From Klebsormidium nitens (Eukaryota; Plantae; Klebsormidiophyceae), in NCBI GenBank assembly GCA_000708835.1, contig DF237209.1:56268-120267 (forward strand): DNA of 64,000 bases, read 5' to 3'. The notes below the pieces were generated by a model. It was given only the letters and a program-made list of their open reading frames with translations. It was not told the DNA's origin and did no database searches. Below, one piece after another: positions 10,601-25,100 of this stretch. How positions within the stretch are numbered: position 1 is the stretch's first letter; every line of letters begins with the position of its first letter. The translations under genes and the position numbers were made by a program.

Positions 10601-13600
10601 TTGGACTGTCTTTCAGAAGGAATGTCGCTTTTTTCGAAGGGGGAAGCACTTTAAATCAACAGAGTTTGTCAATATCCCTTGAAAACCAGTTTCGGGGCGC
10701 TTTGGATGATGTGCCAGTGCAAAGGCCTCGGTCCGCCCAAGCTGCCATGCTCAGATGCGGAGTAAATTGGATTGATACCTGGTCGTTTCGAGCTGACGAG
10801 GCCCGATGATGAAGAAGCGCTTTAAGCAGATGGAGCAGCAGACCCTGTTGCGGTGACATCAAACCCAAGCTTCTACTGCCTTCCTTCTGAGAGCCAATCG
10901 TCCCAAGATTCTTTGCTTCGGTCCTCTTCTTTCTCAGCCTGAATCTTCGGAATCCGAATGCTTGAAGAACTCGTTTTGGTTCACTCGACAAACAGGCGCC
11001 CAGCCCGCAAGGCCGATGATGCTCTAACAAGCATATATCTGAGTGGCTTAGCCACGATAATGAAACTTTTAACTGAGGCCTTGCGTGCCGTTCGTCGCTT
11101 GGTTCGGGCTGACACACCCGTGTGCCTGCAAAGAAGTCGCGAGAAGCTCGAAAAGCTTTCTGAGAGACGATGCTTGTGATCGTTTGAAAGATGTTTTTTG
11201 GCGCAATACCGGGTTCGGTCCGCCAGCCCGGCGTTGAAAGTCGTCATCGTTTCTTGGTTTTTGCCTTCGGTTGACCCCAGACTGTTTCGAATCGCTGTCT
11301 CCTGTCACGTATTCAAGCGCCCTTCCATCTCTTCTTTGTCGGCTCATCCTGGCGGATGTCAACCTCATTCTTTCTTCTGCACCGTTTGACTGCCGGGCTC
11401 CTTGTACGGCCTTCAGCCAATCCCTGTCTGCATCCCTTGATTCGTTCAGAGAGTCTGCTCTTTCTTCCTTAAGCTGTAATCATCTTCAAGCCTCCCTCTG
11501 GAAAGGTTCCGCTCAATACCGCACTCCTTTCTCCCATTCGCCTTTCGTGAAGCTTTTCTTCTTCGCCCACCAGTTCTTCACCCCGGTTTGGAATACCCCG
11601 CTTCTTACAATACCTCAGAGCTTACCTTGTCCTGTGCTCCTGCCAGGTGCTCTTTGACTGCGGCCAGTGGGACCGGCTGATCGACGAGTTCAAGCGCGAG
11701 AACTACAAGCTCAACTGCATGACGCCAGACTCGCTGCTCAGCATCCACCTGCGGGCCGGCCTCTCCGCGCTCAAAACGCCGTGAGTGTCTGCGTAACTTC
11801 TCACCCCCGCAGAGCTTTGTGAATGACTTTGCGGTGTCTGATGCAATTGAGGTTTGAATCATCGAGGGAGCACCTCAAGTAATGACGGGAGCGATCGTTG
11901 GCAGTGAGGATGCCATTACGGCCGGTTGGTCAAGGATTCGTTGTGTTGGACCCCGATGCCATTTTCCCTGACGTGGCTATCCGGCTTCCTGGCAAAGGCC
12001 ATGTAAGAGAAGCAACTCTAGTTCTCACTGACGATCTTTGATTGTTCGTTCTGATCTTGACCATTTGGGTGTTGCTTGATGCAAGTATTCTGGTCGGACA
12101 CTCGTGGCCAAACTTTTCTATGTGCTGGACTCCTGGTTGTTGTCGTGAAAGTTCAAACAAGCACTTGTACTCCGCAGCTTGCTGTGCAAAAAGCAAACGT
12201 TGATTGCGTTGATTTAGCAAGGCTTCTAAGCTAGTGGACAGCCGCGGCCCATGCACTCCCTTATAATGCTGAAGTCTCCAGAAAGCGATGCTCTCCTCTT
12301 GTGCCTCCGTTTCTTGCAACCACACCGTATCGAGGCTGTGCTTTCAGTTTTGCAAGTTCGACACCGGTCCAATGCCCGGCTGTGAAACAGATTACTCACG
12401 TTTTACTCTTGTGAATGTCAAGAGTATTCGAGCCTGTTACCTTGGTCGAAGTTTTTCACGTCACATTCCAACACAGATGTTTGACTCAAGATATACATCT
12501 GGTCTCCGTTGATGACGAGCCGGTTTGTTGTTTGCGATCTGTGCGAGAGCATCGGCGCTTCCTACTGACTGCAGTTGTCACTTGGGTGGCAATGAGGTGC
12601 CGCTTACTTGGGCTGGTTCGCTTCAGCTCATGGAGAAACCCGTGTCACAGCTGATGCCACCATCTGCGGTGCTTTTTGACAGAATAACAGGAACTTGTCC
12701 ACCAGTCTGCATGTGCCTTTTGTCCTTGCTCAGAGGAGTCGTCAAGAGCAGTCTGCAACTGCTCCCCTGCCTCATCTCTCATTAGCTATTCGTGTACGCT
12801 CTAACCAGATTGACAACATGATACGGATTGACATCACCTGCTGCCGAGTCTCTGCTTCGTATCAGGGCTTAGGGCCCCCAGTGTGATTAGGGCGGTCGAT
12901 CACAGTGGGAATCTGACTTTCGTTGGCCGATTTAGTTGGTTTGGTGGTTGTCAGATTCTCGATGCTCAGCACGGTCTGCAATCATCATTTCCTTTGACAT
13001 CCCGACTCACCACTCCTCAAGAGTCGGGATCGAATGCATGCCCGATGTCATTCTTGCTTGAACCAAGTGGTTTTGGTTAGCCAAAAGGTTTGATTGGTTC
13101 AGGGTTTTTGGAAACCCTTGTATGGCATAACGCACTCAATGGTGTGGAATCTTCCTGGCAGTGACGATGTGTCGCTTGGGCCGATGCAGCCCAAAGGGTC
13201 ATCCACGAAATCCGATGTCAGTACAAGCTTTGGAAAGCTGTTATGTTTAGAGTTCTGATCCTTCTCAATAGGAGCACAAAGTGAGGGATATACTGTGCCT
13301 TGAGTGTATCGCGCCTCTTCGTTGACGCGCTGTATTCCTGCTTGCTAGCAACGAAAGAGCGAATTTTAAGCCTTGAAGAGCACACTGAACGAGTCTTGTC
13401 TGGAGATTGATGCCACATCTTTAACGCATCCTTGAAGAAGCATCTCTGTGTGGCTGGGGCTGGAATTTGCCGGCCGTTGCTTTTGTCAATCAAGGCTTTC
13501 AGGCGGATTCGCTGGCTACACAGTGCGTAGTAGCTGTCGCCCGCATACTTCCAAGCGCATCCATTGGTGCCCGTTCGAGTCCTTAAAGTCTCCGTTGTTC

Positions 13601-15529
13601 TGCCTCTCAGCCGAAGTATACAAGTTTCTCCCCACAGCTTTGGAAAGCTTTCCTTGCAAGCTGCCGTAGGTCAATAACGACCCGGCCCTTCCAGTCTTCG
13701 ATGCCAGGGTGTTTTCGAACGAAGCACTCCATATTGCTCAATGAGTAACACTCAAAAACCTAGAAGGAGGACATGTGCATAACCTGCCTAAACCTTTTCG
13801 TCCTATCGTACGAGTATGAGCTCCAAGCGGGGGGTGTTTGAGTCCATCTTAGTTGGACTCTCGCAAGCGGGGCTTATACCATTTCCTCCCAACGTTTTGC
13901 TTTCTGGGTGCACCGGAAAAAAATCCAAGTGGGCAGCATTTGTTTAATCTGGATCCGGATAAAGCAGGGCTGACAGACTGCTCAAGCGTATTCTGTCAAG
14001 CATGATGGTACAGCTGATAATTTGCGCATGCGCCCCTGATATCTTCAAAAGCAACCCTCAAGCCAGGAAAGGAAGATGGCAAGGAGGACCTTCTCGCTAA
14101 GTCGATGCGGCTCCTTGGCCCTGTCCTTCTGACTGACGCCATCCCACCTACTTTCCGGCATTAAGGACGTCTTTCGTGGCAGAGAATGATTCGACTCGGT
14201 CATCTCAATCTCTCTATCCTTTTAAAGGGATAGCTGGCGTCATGCTTCCCCAGAAGTTCTGGCGGCAAAAAGAATCTGTTTCTGCTCTCGTTCTTCGCCC
14301 AACTCTTGGATCGTACCAGATTGCCCTTCTCTGTTATTCTACCTCTTGAACCTGCCAAAGCAAAGACCGTTTTCTGCTCGTTAACCCTCTTCCGCTTTGA
14401 CTACTCTTAGCACGCCCCGTCCGCCCCCTGCAGGTTCTGCTACGAGGAGGGGTGCAGCAAGGAGGACCCGCTGTCGCAGGCATCATTCCGCGCGCTCGCG
14501 GAGGGCCTCCCGTTCAGCAAGCAGACGCACAGCAAGCTCGTCTGTTCCATCACACATGACGTCATGGACGCCGACAACCCGCCGCTCGTGCTCCCCAACG
14601 GTTGCCTCTACTCCAGAAGGGTGAGGGCGACAAGAAATTCTGAGCGTCATGCGAATTGTTGCGCTCTGATTATGACTTAAATTTCAAAGCTCTTTCCTTC
14701 GTCGTCTTGCTCAGCATCTTAGCTCAACCCCGCGTTGCCGCCCGCTTATTGAGCTGTGGATAACGAATGTCGCCCCCGATGTCTTGCCCTTTCCGATTTG
14801 CTTTTCTGCTTTTCCCTCGTTTCCTTTTGCTGCTTTTGACTTTTCAGTCGTACATCTGTCAGACGAGATGTAAGGTCGGTTACGCCTGAGCATTCTGATG
14901 TACTGTTGCATTACAGCTGTAGGAGGACCGTCGGTGGATAGACAGAGAAGACCTTCCGTTTCCTGATTGCTGCTACCGACTTGCTGTTCCTCGCACAATT
15001 GTTCCTGCGGTCCGCCCTTCCCTCTTCTTCAAGCATGCTTAAGTGGCGCTTTCACGGTTGGCGTCATTCAGCGGCTTCTTTGGTGTGTGAGATTCTGGCA
15101 GCGATGGTTAAGCGTCCTCCCTCTCCCTCGATGAACAAGACGCGTCTTCATCAGCTCTGGTCCTAGTCATTTAATCTGTGGGAGTACGCATTGGGGAGCT
15201 CTTTATCAGCAATTGCTGTTCCCAGAGCTTTATTGAAATATGTCGATGCAAGTGGACACGGTGCTCATGATTCCAGGCGTTTTTTCAACAGTCCGGGGCC
15301 ACTCACGGATTCTTCAGATTGCGCCCCTTGAATCGAATAGAAGCGAGTTTCACTCCGTATCCCGTTCAATCCTTTTGGCGCTTCTCTATATCAGCAGTCA
15401 GCTCAGCAAAAAGTGTCATCTTTGCAGGCGATGGAAGCGATGGCGGAGAAGCACCACGGCGAGATCACGTGTCCGAAGACGGGCTTCAAGTGCGATTTCA
15501 GCGACCTGTCCAAGGCGTACATTTCTTAA
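7654..15529 (+). CDS. MAEA: MAEA / Gid9 / Fyv10 subunit of the CTLH (GID) E3 ligase
   Basis: Exons 7654-7950, 8686-8886, 9371-9493, 10081-10266, 11647-11780, 14434-14620 and 15428-15529 are in frame. They encode LisH (RVDRILVDYMLRNSYYDTA), CTLH ([33 protein letters not shown]), CRA (LLSIHLRAGLSALKTP) and a degenerate RING (HSKLVCSITHDVMDADNPPLVLPNG..ITCPKTG). Confidence 0.93.
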
Positions 15530-16199
15530 GGTTGCTTTGCTGTTGAAACCCACTTGTACACATAATAGAAAAAACATTGCAAGCAGTCCTACACACTGTA
15601 CAGTATTGGCACAAAGCTCTTGAAGTTCCCTTGCTCTCCGTCTGCGCTGTTCCCACACATCGATTTGTATTGTTGCCACTTGCGGAAGAAACAGTTTCGC
15701 ATTGCAACGCTTTGCTGCAAGAGAGATCTGGTCCGTTCTGTACAGTTGACTTGAGCGCGCGACGGTCCTTTTTGCAACAATCTGGCTTGCACATTCAACA
15801 ACAATCTCTTCAAGTTGAAGGTTTGTCCGTGGGCTCGAGTCCTTATCTGGAGATCGCCACGTGGCAGAGAGCTCTGCAAATTTTCCCCGTTTGGGCTGCA
15901 TCTTGGTCACTCTGCTCAGAGAAGCACTGAAGTCAGGCGAGGTCTGGAGCCACCGCAGTCTCGAGCCAAATGTTGCGGAAGCTGTCTTTCGCTCACCGTT
16001 CGTGCAATCCGACGAGTAAGTTCATTGCTTGTAGTTCGTGTATACCATTCTTCTGAGCTTTTCTTTTGTTTACAAGAGAGGGTGCTTTTGAGCATTGAGT
16101 GAATTCCATGCATACAATGTTGCTCCTGGTTTCCCAACGTGCTTTGGCAATGATGCACTCTCGCAAAGTTGGCTATTACAGCCACATGTATTCGTTTAG

Positions 16200-19100
16200 C
16201 TGATGCTATTCCCGAATGTCTGAAAGGTTTTCTTGCCTCTGCGTTGGTTTCTGTACAGTACACAGTACGTCTGTTTCTTGCATCATCAGTCTGTCCGCTC
16301 TGTTTGCAAATGTCAACCCGCGAGTCTTTTTGTATCCCCATCCCCGACTAAGGTCTTCTGATACGTTGTGCTCGCTTCGGTCGCAAGTAGGCCCAGAGCT
16401 GACCTAATCCCGTCTGTACTTGTCTGCTTGATGGCTGGTCGCTTTCTCGTTCGCATCCTTCTTGCATCTCCGCGAAGATAGGCCTCTGTGTACTCAAATG
16501 GCTGGGCATGTGTCCTGCGGAAGACAAGGTTTACATGGAAAAGTCCGGTCCAATTCGCAAATGCACTGCGCCAGTGGGGTTGGAGTACACACGATCTATT
16601 ACGTTGGTTGACGTTTTATGCGCTGTCAGTCTATGGGACTGCGTTTTAAGTTCAGTGTTTCTGTGTTGCACTTCTGTCTTCTTTTATGGCAACGAGGGTT
16701 GTCGCTGCTCAGGCTGGTAGATTGACCAGCTCGGCTTTCGCACAGATTTGCGGGACCCGATGCCTGGCACTGTGAGAGCTCTGTTCCCACCCTCGACCTC
16801 CATATCATCTTCATGTTGTCTACAATCTCTAGACGTGCCTTTACTGCACCTACCCGGAATCCACGTCATCAGATTCACTGACACTGTTGATATTTAAACA
16901 TTGCATTTGAAGAGAGCCTCGTATGTCCTTTAACTGCTGCCCTGCAAAGAGATTAGCTGTCCAAGTTTCTCGTTGTCTAGTTCCACCTGACATTCCGGAG
17001 GTCACGGCGTGATTCCTGGCGTGCTTGGACGACGCTTCGGTATGAATCGTCTTCTTTTGGTTTGCTCAGATTCTTAGTGGGCTGGGTCGGCTCATGACGC
17101 TCTCTCTCCTCCCTCGGTACGTGTTCCGTTTCATACTCCTAATCGGCATGGCTTTCAAACTGAGGTCCCAGTATTTTAACCAAGAAACACCGTGCTGAGT
17201 ACCTCCTCTTGATGCCTGATCAGGGCGGCTCATACACAAACCAGATAATAACCGGACCGGAGGCACCTTGTCCCTGAACACAGAGCTGAATCGAATCAGT
17301 TGAGTAGATCTGCAGCGGGACGTACTAGGTTTCATACCGCTCCCTCCTGAAGGAGACCCTGCAACCGTGCATGGCAAGAGATCGTCACGGACTGCTTCCG
17401 TGTTTCCCTGCAAGACGTGTTGGGACAGACGGGCTGGTACTTTGCGGCTTGCTGAAGACGACCGGAAGGGGGTCTTCATACTTTGGGTTTTTCAGTTCAC
17501 TCACGTCGTCAAGGCTCGTGATATAAACAGGTGCTCAGATAGGAAGAGGAGATCCCTCGGTGGCAATGAACGTTTGTATTCCCCGGGCTACTTTACCAAG
17601 GCTCAGGAGATGGGTAGCCGTGTCTGATGCCACAGCCGGTTCCAAGTGTCAATTGCCTGTGATCAATTGCCTGCAATCTGCGGTCCTCTTGTGTCGAATC
17701 TCTATTTAAGTCAACTGCTTTGCCGCCATCTTTTCACCGGGTAGCTCAAGTCATAGCCTGGGCATCCCGCGTTCTAGATTGTTGAGTTGCAACCACCCCC
17801 CTTCTTCCTGACAATTTGAACGTTGTTGGCAAAGCGGGCCTTGAAAGCTAGCATGCAGCTCAGGCTTAATATTCAGACTTTTCAACCAGGGGCGTCACGT
17901 CCACACCCCCGGTACTTTTCAGATCTGTTTTGCATCTGGCCGGAACGGTCAAATGAGACCAGAAAAGCGATAGGGACATTGTTGCGGCGGTGACGAACCT
18001 CGCTTTGGGCTCGCTGCTCAGGGCCACTTGAATACTCTTCGGATCCCGACGCCGCTTCCACTTTTTCGAAAACATGCTCACGACGTATTAAATGATCACC
18101 AACCTCTCGACCCGCTCCTTCCCTATGCATGCGGGCCTCTCTGATTACTTGATTCACAAAATTGGCTTCTCGAATCGGCTTCTCGAATGGGTCGAGTACG
18201 ACTGGTACTGGTACATGAGACGTCCATCCAGAATCTGCGAATCCGATGTCAACCGTCAGCATCATTGTTGACAGCTTTCTCGGTTGTTTCCGACCTACTA
18301 GGCCCTTTTAAATGTAAAAAAGGACCTTTGCGTTCTCGAACAAGTTTACAAAGGTTCTCACCGTGCATACCAAAGTATCATGGCATTAGAGCCGCCCTTT
18401 GTCGCTCCTGTTTGCACCTGCAACCGCTCTGCCATGATCATTCAGTAGACTCATCTTTCACCGGTTTCATGCTCTCTTCTGCTGATTATCGCGCTGATCC
18501 GGGCCAGCTGTTGGCTCTGGAATGGGTGCATCATTGTTTGTGGTGCTTAGATGAACATGGTATGGCATTGAGGAGGCCTCTTTCGGGCTGTCGGAAGCAG
18601 CTCATTTGTAGCTCACCCCTGTTCCTCTGACGCCATCTTCGAGTTGGCACGTTCGCTGGCATTATTCTCGGCACAGATTTGACGATCAGGCCGCAAAGGC
18701 TGGAACGTTCTTTCCCTTTGTGGCCGAAGTTCGTTACGTGAAGCCATCATGTTCTGGTTGGTTGGGTTCCTCGATAGGTTGGCTCCTAAGGCTTGTGGTC
18801 GTTCCAGATCTACACCTCTGACGTGGCTGCAGGAGAGTCTGAGTCTACATGCTTACTTTAATACCGCAAAACTTAGGGGCCGATATGCGTAGACTATTTC
18901 TGCGCGTATCGGTCGTCCACAAACAGCGCAACCTGCTCCTAAGGTTGTGGCAATGAGGACTCCGTTTCTGGGCTTAGGTTTGGCCCAAGCTGCTACGCAA
19001 ACATCCTGACGCCACCTAAGCAATCAAGTTTTGTTTTGAATGGATTTTGGGGCCAGCTACGTTGGCTACTCCACTTTCCTGCCAACACTTTAATTGTCTC

Positions 19101-22100
19101 AATAAAGTTTGATGTTTTCTTTGACGAAGCCGGGTGCGCATGTGGTCGATGTTTCTCAGATTAGAATACCCGGTAGTCCTTGGCTCAAGTGCTTGGTTTG
19201 GCAGCAAACAGTTTTTCGTGATCGCCCATTTGAGCTGTATGTTCCGTTGCTTAGATCAAGAGAAGCACTGAAGGCGAGGCAGGTTGAATCCCAAACTATC
19301 TTGAAGCCGGCTGATGCCGGTTGCTATCTTTTGTTCGCGTTTTGCACATCGGGAATACGTGAATCATTTGCTTTTACTTCGTGTGGCGTTTTTTCGTGGC
19401 TTTTCCGGTGGATTTGTTAAAGAGAAAAGCTATGGGAATTGGGTATCAAGCGGCTGTTTTTGTGATCCCCGACCTTGCTTGTGATTGAGGCACTCGATCC
19501 CGCGTGGCTGGTTTGGCCACTGCGATTTGCAGCATCTGATGCCCATGCCAATGCCAGGCCGTTTTTCAAGAACTTTTTAGCTTATGCGGTATTTGTGACG
19601 GTACTTGATACGCCCATTGTTTACACTAGGTGTATGCCCTTGTGAAACTTTATGTGAAAGTGAAGTCGTTGAATCTACTTTCTGGAAGTATCCCGATCAT
19701 CGTGAAGATCCGACTCCTCCTATCTTTGTTCGAAAATAGATCCGCAACTGGCCTGTTTAAGCTGCTAACGGTGAGTACTGTTCTGCTTGATGGCTGGTCG
19801 CTTTTCCGTTGCGTCTTGAATTCATCCAGGTAGAAATAGGCCTCGCTTTGCGCAAAAGTCTCAGGCGGTTTCCTACGGAGAGGAAGGTTTGATTTTGTTC
19901 TCTAGAGCGCTGCGCTTTCAGTGGAACCCGAAGTACACACCAGCTCTGCCATTTTGAGTGTCCTGAAAAGCTTCTTACGCCTCGCTGTTTGGTGAGATTG
20001 CGTTTCTCATTTCAAAAGCTCTCTTTCATTGGCAAGGACGATAGTTCCTGCTAAGGCTAGCCGGTAGACGTGTCCAGCCCGCGTTTTATCATCGAAGCAG
20101 GACCCGATGCCTGAAACATACCGATTTTGTGGTCTCCTCTCAGTTTCCCTTGTTTCAATCTTGATCAGTGGAACAAATTTTAAGGCACCTGTATTGTTTT
20201 CTTGACTCCCCGACTTCTGTACTGACATTGCTGGCCTGCATACATCACTTTCCAAAAAGCAGCTCTTTCCTTCCCTTCACGACTGCCATGCGAAGAGGTC
20301 CGCTGTATCAATAGCCGTCGTTATTGACGTTTTTGCATGTGTGTCCGAAAATCTTCGACGACTCTTTCATTTGAGGTGATGTTCTCCTCGAGTGCGGCAC
20401 CATATTCCTGACTCGGCATGCTTTATGGACCTTCAATGTCACTTTTGCGCCCAAGACAGACGAGGCACTCACGTCCTTGAGGCCTATTCAGAACGGGTCA
20501 GTAGCAAAACCTACGTGGGATCATCTGATCCGATTAAGGAATTTCGTAGATATACCCGCGGCCGCCTTTTCCAAATAAGCGAAAGCTGGATCTTGTGTAG
20601 GCGAGGGAACTTGCAAGAAAGCGCAGGCTTCATTCTACCCCGACGGTCTTTAGCTATTTGAAGCGTGCAATTAGCGCAGGAGGTGAAAAGGTCGCGGACT
20701 CCTTTCCAATTTGCCTGCAAGAAGTCGAGATGCTTGAAGGGCTGGATTCTTTGCGGCTTGCTTGTAGCAATTTCAAAGGATCTACCGCGAAGCACAATCT
20801 GCTGAAAGATTGTTTTCTCATCATGGAACTAGACAGGTGCTCAGGTAATGTTATTCAAGTTTTGTGGGTGACAATGAACGTTACGACAATCAGCTCGTTG
20901 GGCTCGGATTTGGCTCAGTCCAGCTGCCAGTGCGACGTAAGTCGATTGCGATGTCGCCAGTTTCTGTTTGTATCGGATGTAACTGAGCCTCAGCTCGAGT
21001 TTGCCATAGATGACCAATTACTTAGACCAGAACAGCATGTAAACGTTTTGCCGGCTGTGAGGGATCCGATATTCGCCATGGGCAATCGATGCTCAGAAAG
21101 TCTGCCAAGGCCTCTGCCTCCGACGCCGCGCTTGCATGCGCCGCTTCTCCGAACCATCTTACAAGTCCTGCTCACCAAGCTCGGCCTGCTTTTTGTTGCC
21201 TGCATGAGGTTTGACAGTGACAATCATGGTTCCAAAAAGAAGGGCTGTGATAAGTGGTCGGTCCCTGAGCGACTCGAGTGTTGGTGGTTATCCGCCTAGA
21301 CGTCGTGGAGGGTGCGTGGTAGGCTGTGTGTCAAGCCCCGGAACGTCCTGGTCTGCCCAATCTCGTGACGTGCTTCGAAAGAGACTTCCTTAGCTTCGCA
21401 CATGTTGTCTTAGACAGCTCTCAAAGTCATTGAGTATAAAGTCAGAACAAGACGACCTAGTCACGGGACCTGCTTTCCCCATGCGTCTTTTGATACCAAA
21501 CGCTATATTGGGCGAAGAGGCCCTACAACCCTTGTTTGGCTGGTTGTGTGTCCACGTCTTTCTGGCCACGTCCCTTATAACAAATCTGGACTCGCTGAAT
21601 ATCAGAGTGATCGGTGTCGAACCGTGGAGAAAGCGACGAACCCGCTTTGTCTTTCTGCTGAACATGCACGTTGCGCACGCAAAGAGATGGTCACGAATCC
21701 CTTTGACATCCCGTTTGCGTGCAAGAAACTGTCGTCGTCAAAACGGCTGACGCTTGGCTTAAGTCAGCCGTTTGAGAGGCTGTCTCTAATCCGACTGATG
21801 CAGTATCGAGGAGCCTCATAACGATTACGCTCCTAGCGATCCATGAAAGTAGACAGGTGCTGAGGTAGGGTTAGGCAAGACCCAGTGGCAGTGAACGATT
21901 GAACAGTCCCCTTGGGCCCTTCTGTCCCGGCTCATGGATGCACATTCATGATTCTGACGTCAGTACGGGTCTCCATGCATGTGCTGTTCTGATCCAACAT
22001 TCTGTCGCTTGGCCGCCGTTTCCTCCATGCAAAGGTGATTGTCTACGTGGACTGTTTGGTTACGGGCGTTTGAGTGGGTGGCCCAAGGCTCAGTCTCATA

Positions 22101-25100
22101 ACTTTGTTTTTCAGGAAACTGGATCAGTCTTTTCCGCTTTTCTCCCGCAAGCAGGCCTTACTCCCAGTTCTGATTTCGCATCACGCCTTGATGTCCACGT
22201 CTGTACTAGGGCTCCAGTTCTCTAATGCCGTTGGAGAAACCAACAGTGCTAAAGGGATTTTGGCAGTGACGACCTTTTGCCGTGGGCTCGTTATCACCCA
22301 CCACTAGAATCATGCTTCCGACAGTCTCAAGCGCCGCCTGCGCCGCTTCCTTGAACCTACTTACACGTCTTGCTCACGAACCTCAGCCCTCTCCTAATCT
22401 GTGCTGCAATCCCTAAATCTTTGTAAGGAGTATATTGTCATCGGTTCATTCAAAGACGACGTGCGACAGGTAGTCAGCCACTTTTTTACGAGTGTGTGGT
22501 GGCGTTTTGCTGCAAACTTGGTGAAAGGTGCTCAGCACGCTTTCGATGTCAAAAGCGTTCCGGACTGCTAATCCTGTCTAAGCGGAGTAGAGGTCTGCTA
22601 CTTTAACGTCACCAATGTTCATGTGCCGTTCTGCTCCATAGATTCGTCGCTTGCATGGAAGGTGCGTTTTTCCTGCGAATGGTCGTCGACGTCGAGTGTC
22701 AGGGCCGCGAGCGTTCGACGGGATAAAGACCAGACTTCACAAATCCGTTCCCTTGGGACTTGGACGAAATGAGTCTCCTTCTTCGTGCGAACGCGTTTCA
22801 AAGCGGGCCTTGAAGGTCAGCTCTAACTTGTGTCAGTTTCCTACCAAGGCTTTACGTCCGCATGCGGACCTGTCTCTCAGAGCTATTTTGAAACGTTGAT
22901 TGATTGATTGATTATGAGACCAGTTGAAGGTTTTCTGGCTGTGACGAAATTCGACGTGGCCTGCTAGCCCACCAGCTCGTCTAGGTGGAGCGCTGCCGGT
23001 TCCGACGCCACCTGCCGGTTCCAAACACTCATTTCGAGAAAGACTCGTTGGTCATCAGCCTTGGCCCGCTCCTTTTCTGTGCTGTCTGCCGCTTATTCGA
23101 CTATCATTGAATCCATCATGATTTGCAATATTCAGTCGGTCGGCCACTTTAGTATAGGCTTTGTAGTAGAAGGTGCGTGGCAGGCTATAGTTTCATCTGG
23201 GCCTTCGCATCCTTCAACGTGCTCCAAAGGAAAGCTTCCTTCGAAAGGGTCGGAGGCCAACTTGCACTGAGGTGCACGAGGGGTTTTACAGCCACAATCT
23301 AGTCACTAGGAAGAATAGATGTATCAGGGTTATAAAAAGACTAGTCTAGGAACAAAACGGGAGTTCTGACAAGGACCAAGGCCGGTTGCAAAGCCATCTT
23401 CCACGGCCTTCGAGATTTGCTGAACGACACATTACAGTCCTAGGACGAGCTTTTCCTGTCTCATTCAGATTTCAGTCTTTTGTGCCACTGCACTAAGCCC
23501 AGCTTTGGCCCTGAATGATTGCACCGTTCAGGGTTGTCGTTTTGCGGGGCTTTAACAAACTCGGTATGGTGGCGACGAGGGTTCTTGCGAGCGTAAGACG
23601 TTTACTTGTATTACGGACGCACCCGCCCCTAATGCCGGCCGTAAATCATTTGGTGAGGAATGCTGGCAGCGTACGTATCCGGCACGGATATGAAATTCAG
23701 GCCACAAAATCGGACGTGACGTAAGCTTTTGATACTCCTTATTAGCGGACAGTCCGGCCAATTTGTTCTGCTCTGAGCAACCTTCTGAAAGATGCCATTT
23801 TCCGAGAACATCACGTCATTGCCATGGCTGCAAATCTTCGAGACCCCTTGCGGCGACAGATCCGCGAGGACCACTGGGCCTATGCTTCAAAGGCAAAGCT
23901 TCTCCGCTCAAAAGTGCCAAAATGGAGCCGGTTGCAACGCACTGGGGAAGAGTTCACGTTCTTTTCAGCCGTTTGGATTGTGCAGGCAATTTGGAGACAT
24001 GCTCATGAGCCCATTCGATTAATAGTATGTTGAGGCGCCTAAGAGGACTCGTATGCGACTTTAGTATCCCGTCCCGCTCATGTCCGGAGCTAGTTTGATA
24101 CTTCCAACGCTCTTGAAACGTCCACCACGATGAGCACTACAACGAAGCGCAGCTTCAATTGCTCAATGATTCGGTGTCTCTTTTAAGAGAAGTTCCAGGA
24201 TTGCCACACGCCCATGGTTAGAGATCCACGCGCATTTAGTTATGATCGAGCAAACCGTTTCCGACGCTGAGGCAAAGAGGTATTTGTTACTGAGCTGTAG
24301 CCCAGTGGTCAGTGCAGAATCTGAGCCTGACGTCGTTAAGCAAAGCCACCGTTTCAAAGATTTTCCAGGTTCGGTTGCACCCGAGCGCAATAATAGTTCC
24401 AATCAGAACGTTTGACTTAACGTATAATTTATGACTCAGGTGCTTAGGTCTAGATCTTCGCTGTGTGCCAAAGGTGGTTCTGCGGTTGGTCTGGCCGCTC
24501 ACCTTGTACTGTTGAAACATTGGCGCAAGCATATTGAATCTACAACCGCGGCTACAATTTGCCCCAGCTTGGAACAACGTTTGGGTTGCTGCTCGCACGG
24601 CACGTGCGCAATCCGTTCTTGCCAACCCTCGACGATGAAGATAGGCTACCGCTGATATTCAACAGGAAGGTGGTACCCTCAAGGAGGGACTCGGACCCGT
24701 GCGTAAAGTGCCGTTGGTTTCAGTAGTCTCTTGTGCAGCGAGCAAAATTTGGCACCAACGTGAGATACAAGTGTACCCCGGCAGGTATACTTGATCCGTC
24801 CAAAACGTAGGCTCAATCGGCGCCCAGCTGTCTGGCTTCTCATCCAGAAAACGAGCATTACGGACTGTTCAAAGTGCACTGAGACGTTGCTCGTGCTCGA
24901 AGAACCGTATCTTATTTCTTGAAAGGTGCTTTGTTCCGCCGATTCTAGCATGAGATCAATGTCATCTAGATATTTTACCTTTTTAACGGCAAGGAAGCTC
25001 TTTCCGTTGGGCTGGTCAACGCTTCAGTTCAGCGCCCCTCTTTGCTTACTGGATGCCATTCCCACGTTATTGATGAGTGTTTCGCTTCTCGAAATGGACT

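Noticed and set aside
13101-13118. AGGGTTT-ttgg-AAACCCT hairpin with telomere-like arms
   Set aside because: 7-bp arms are expected by chance in 64 kb.
20658-21299. 213-aa plus-strand ORF, and the similar 212-aa ORF at 25342-25980
   Set aside because: No recognisable motifs. They lie in the decayed array, whose conserved frames are on the minus strand, so they are probably chance or antisense ORFs.
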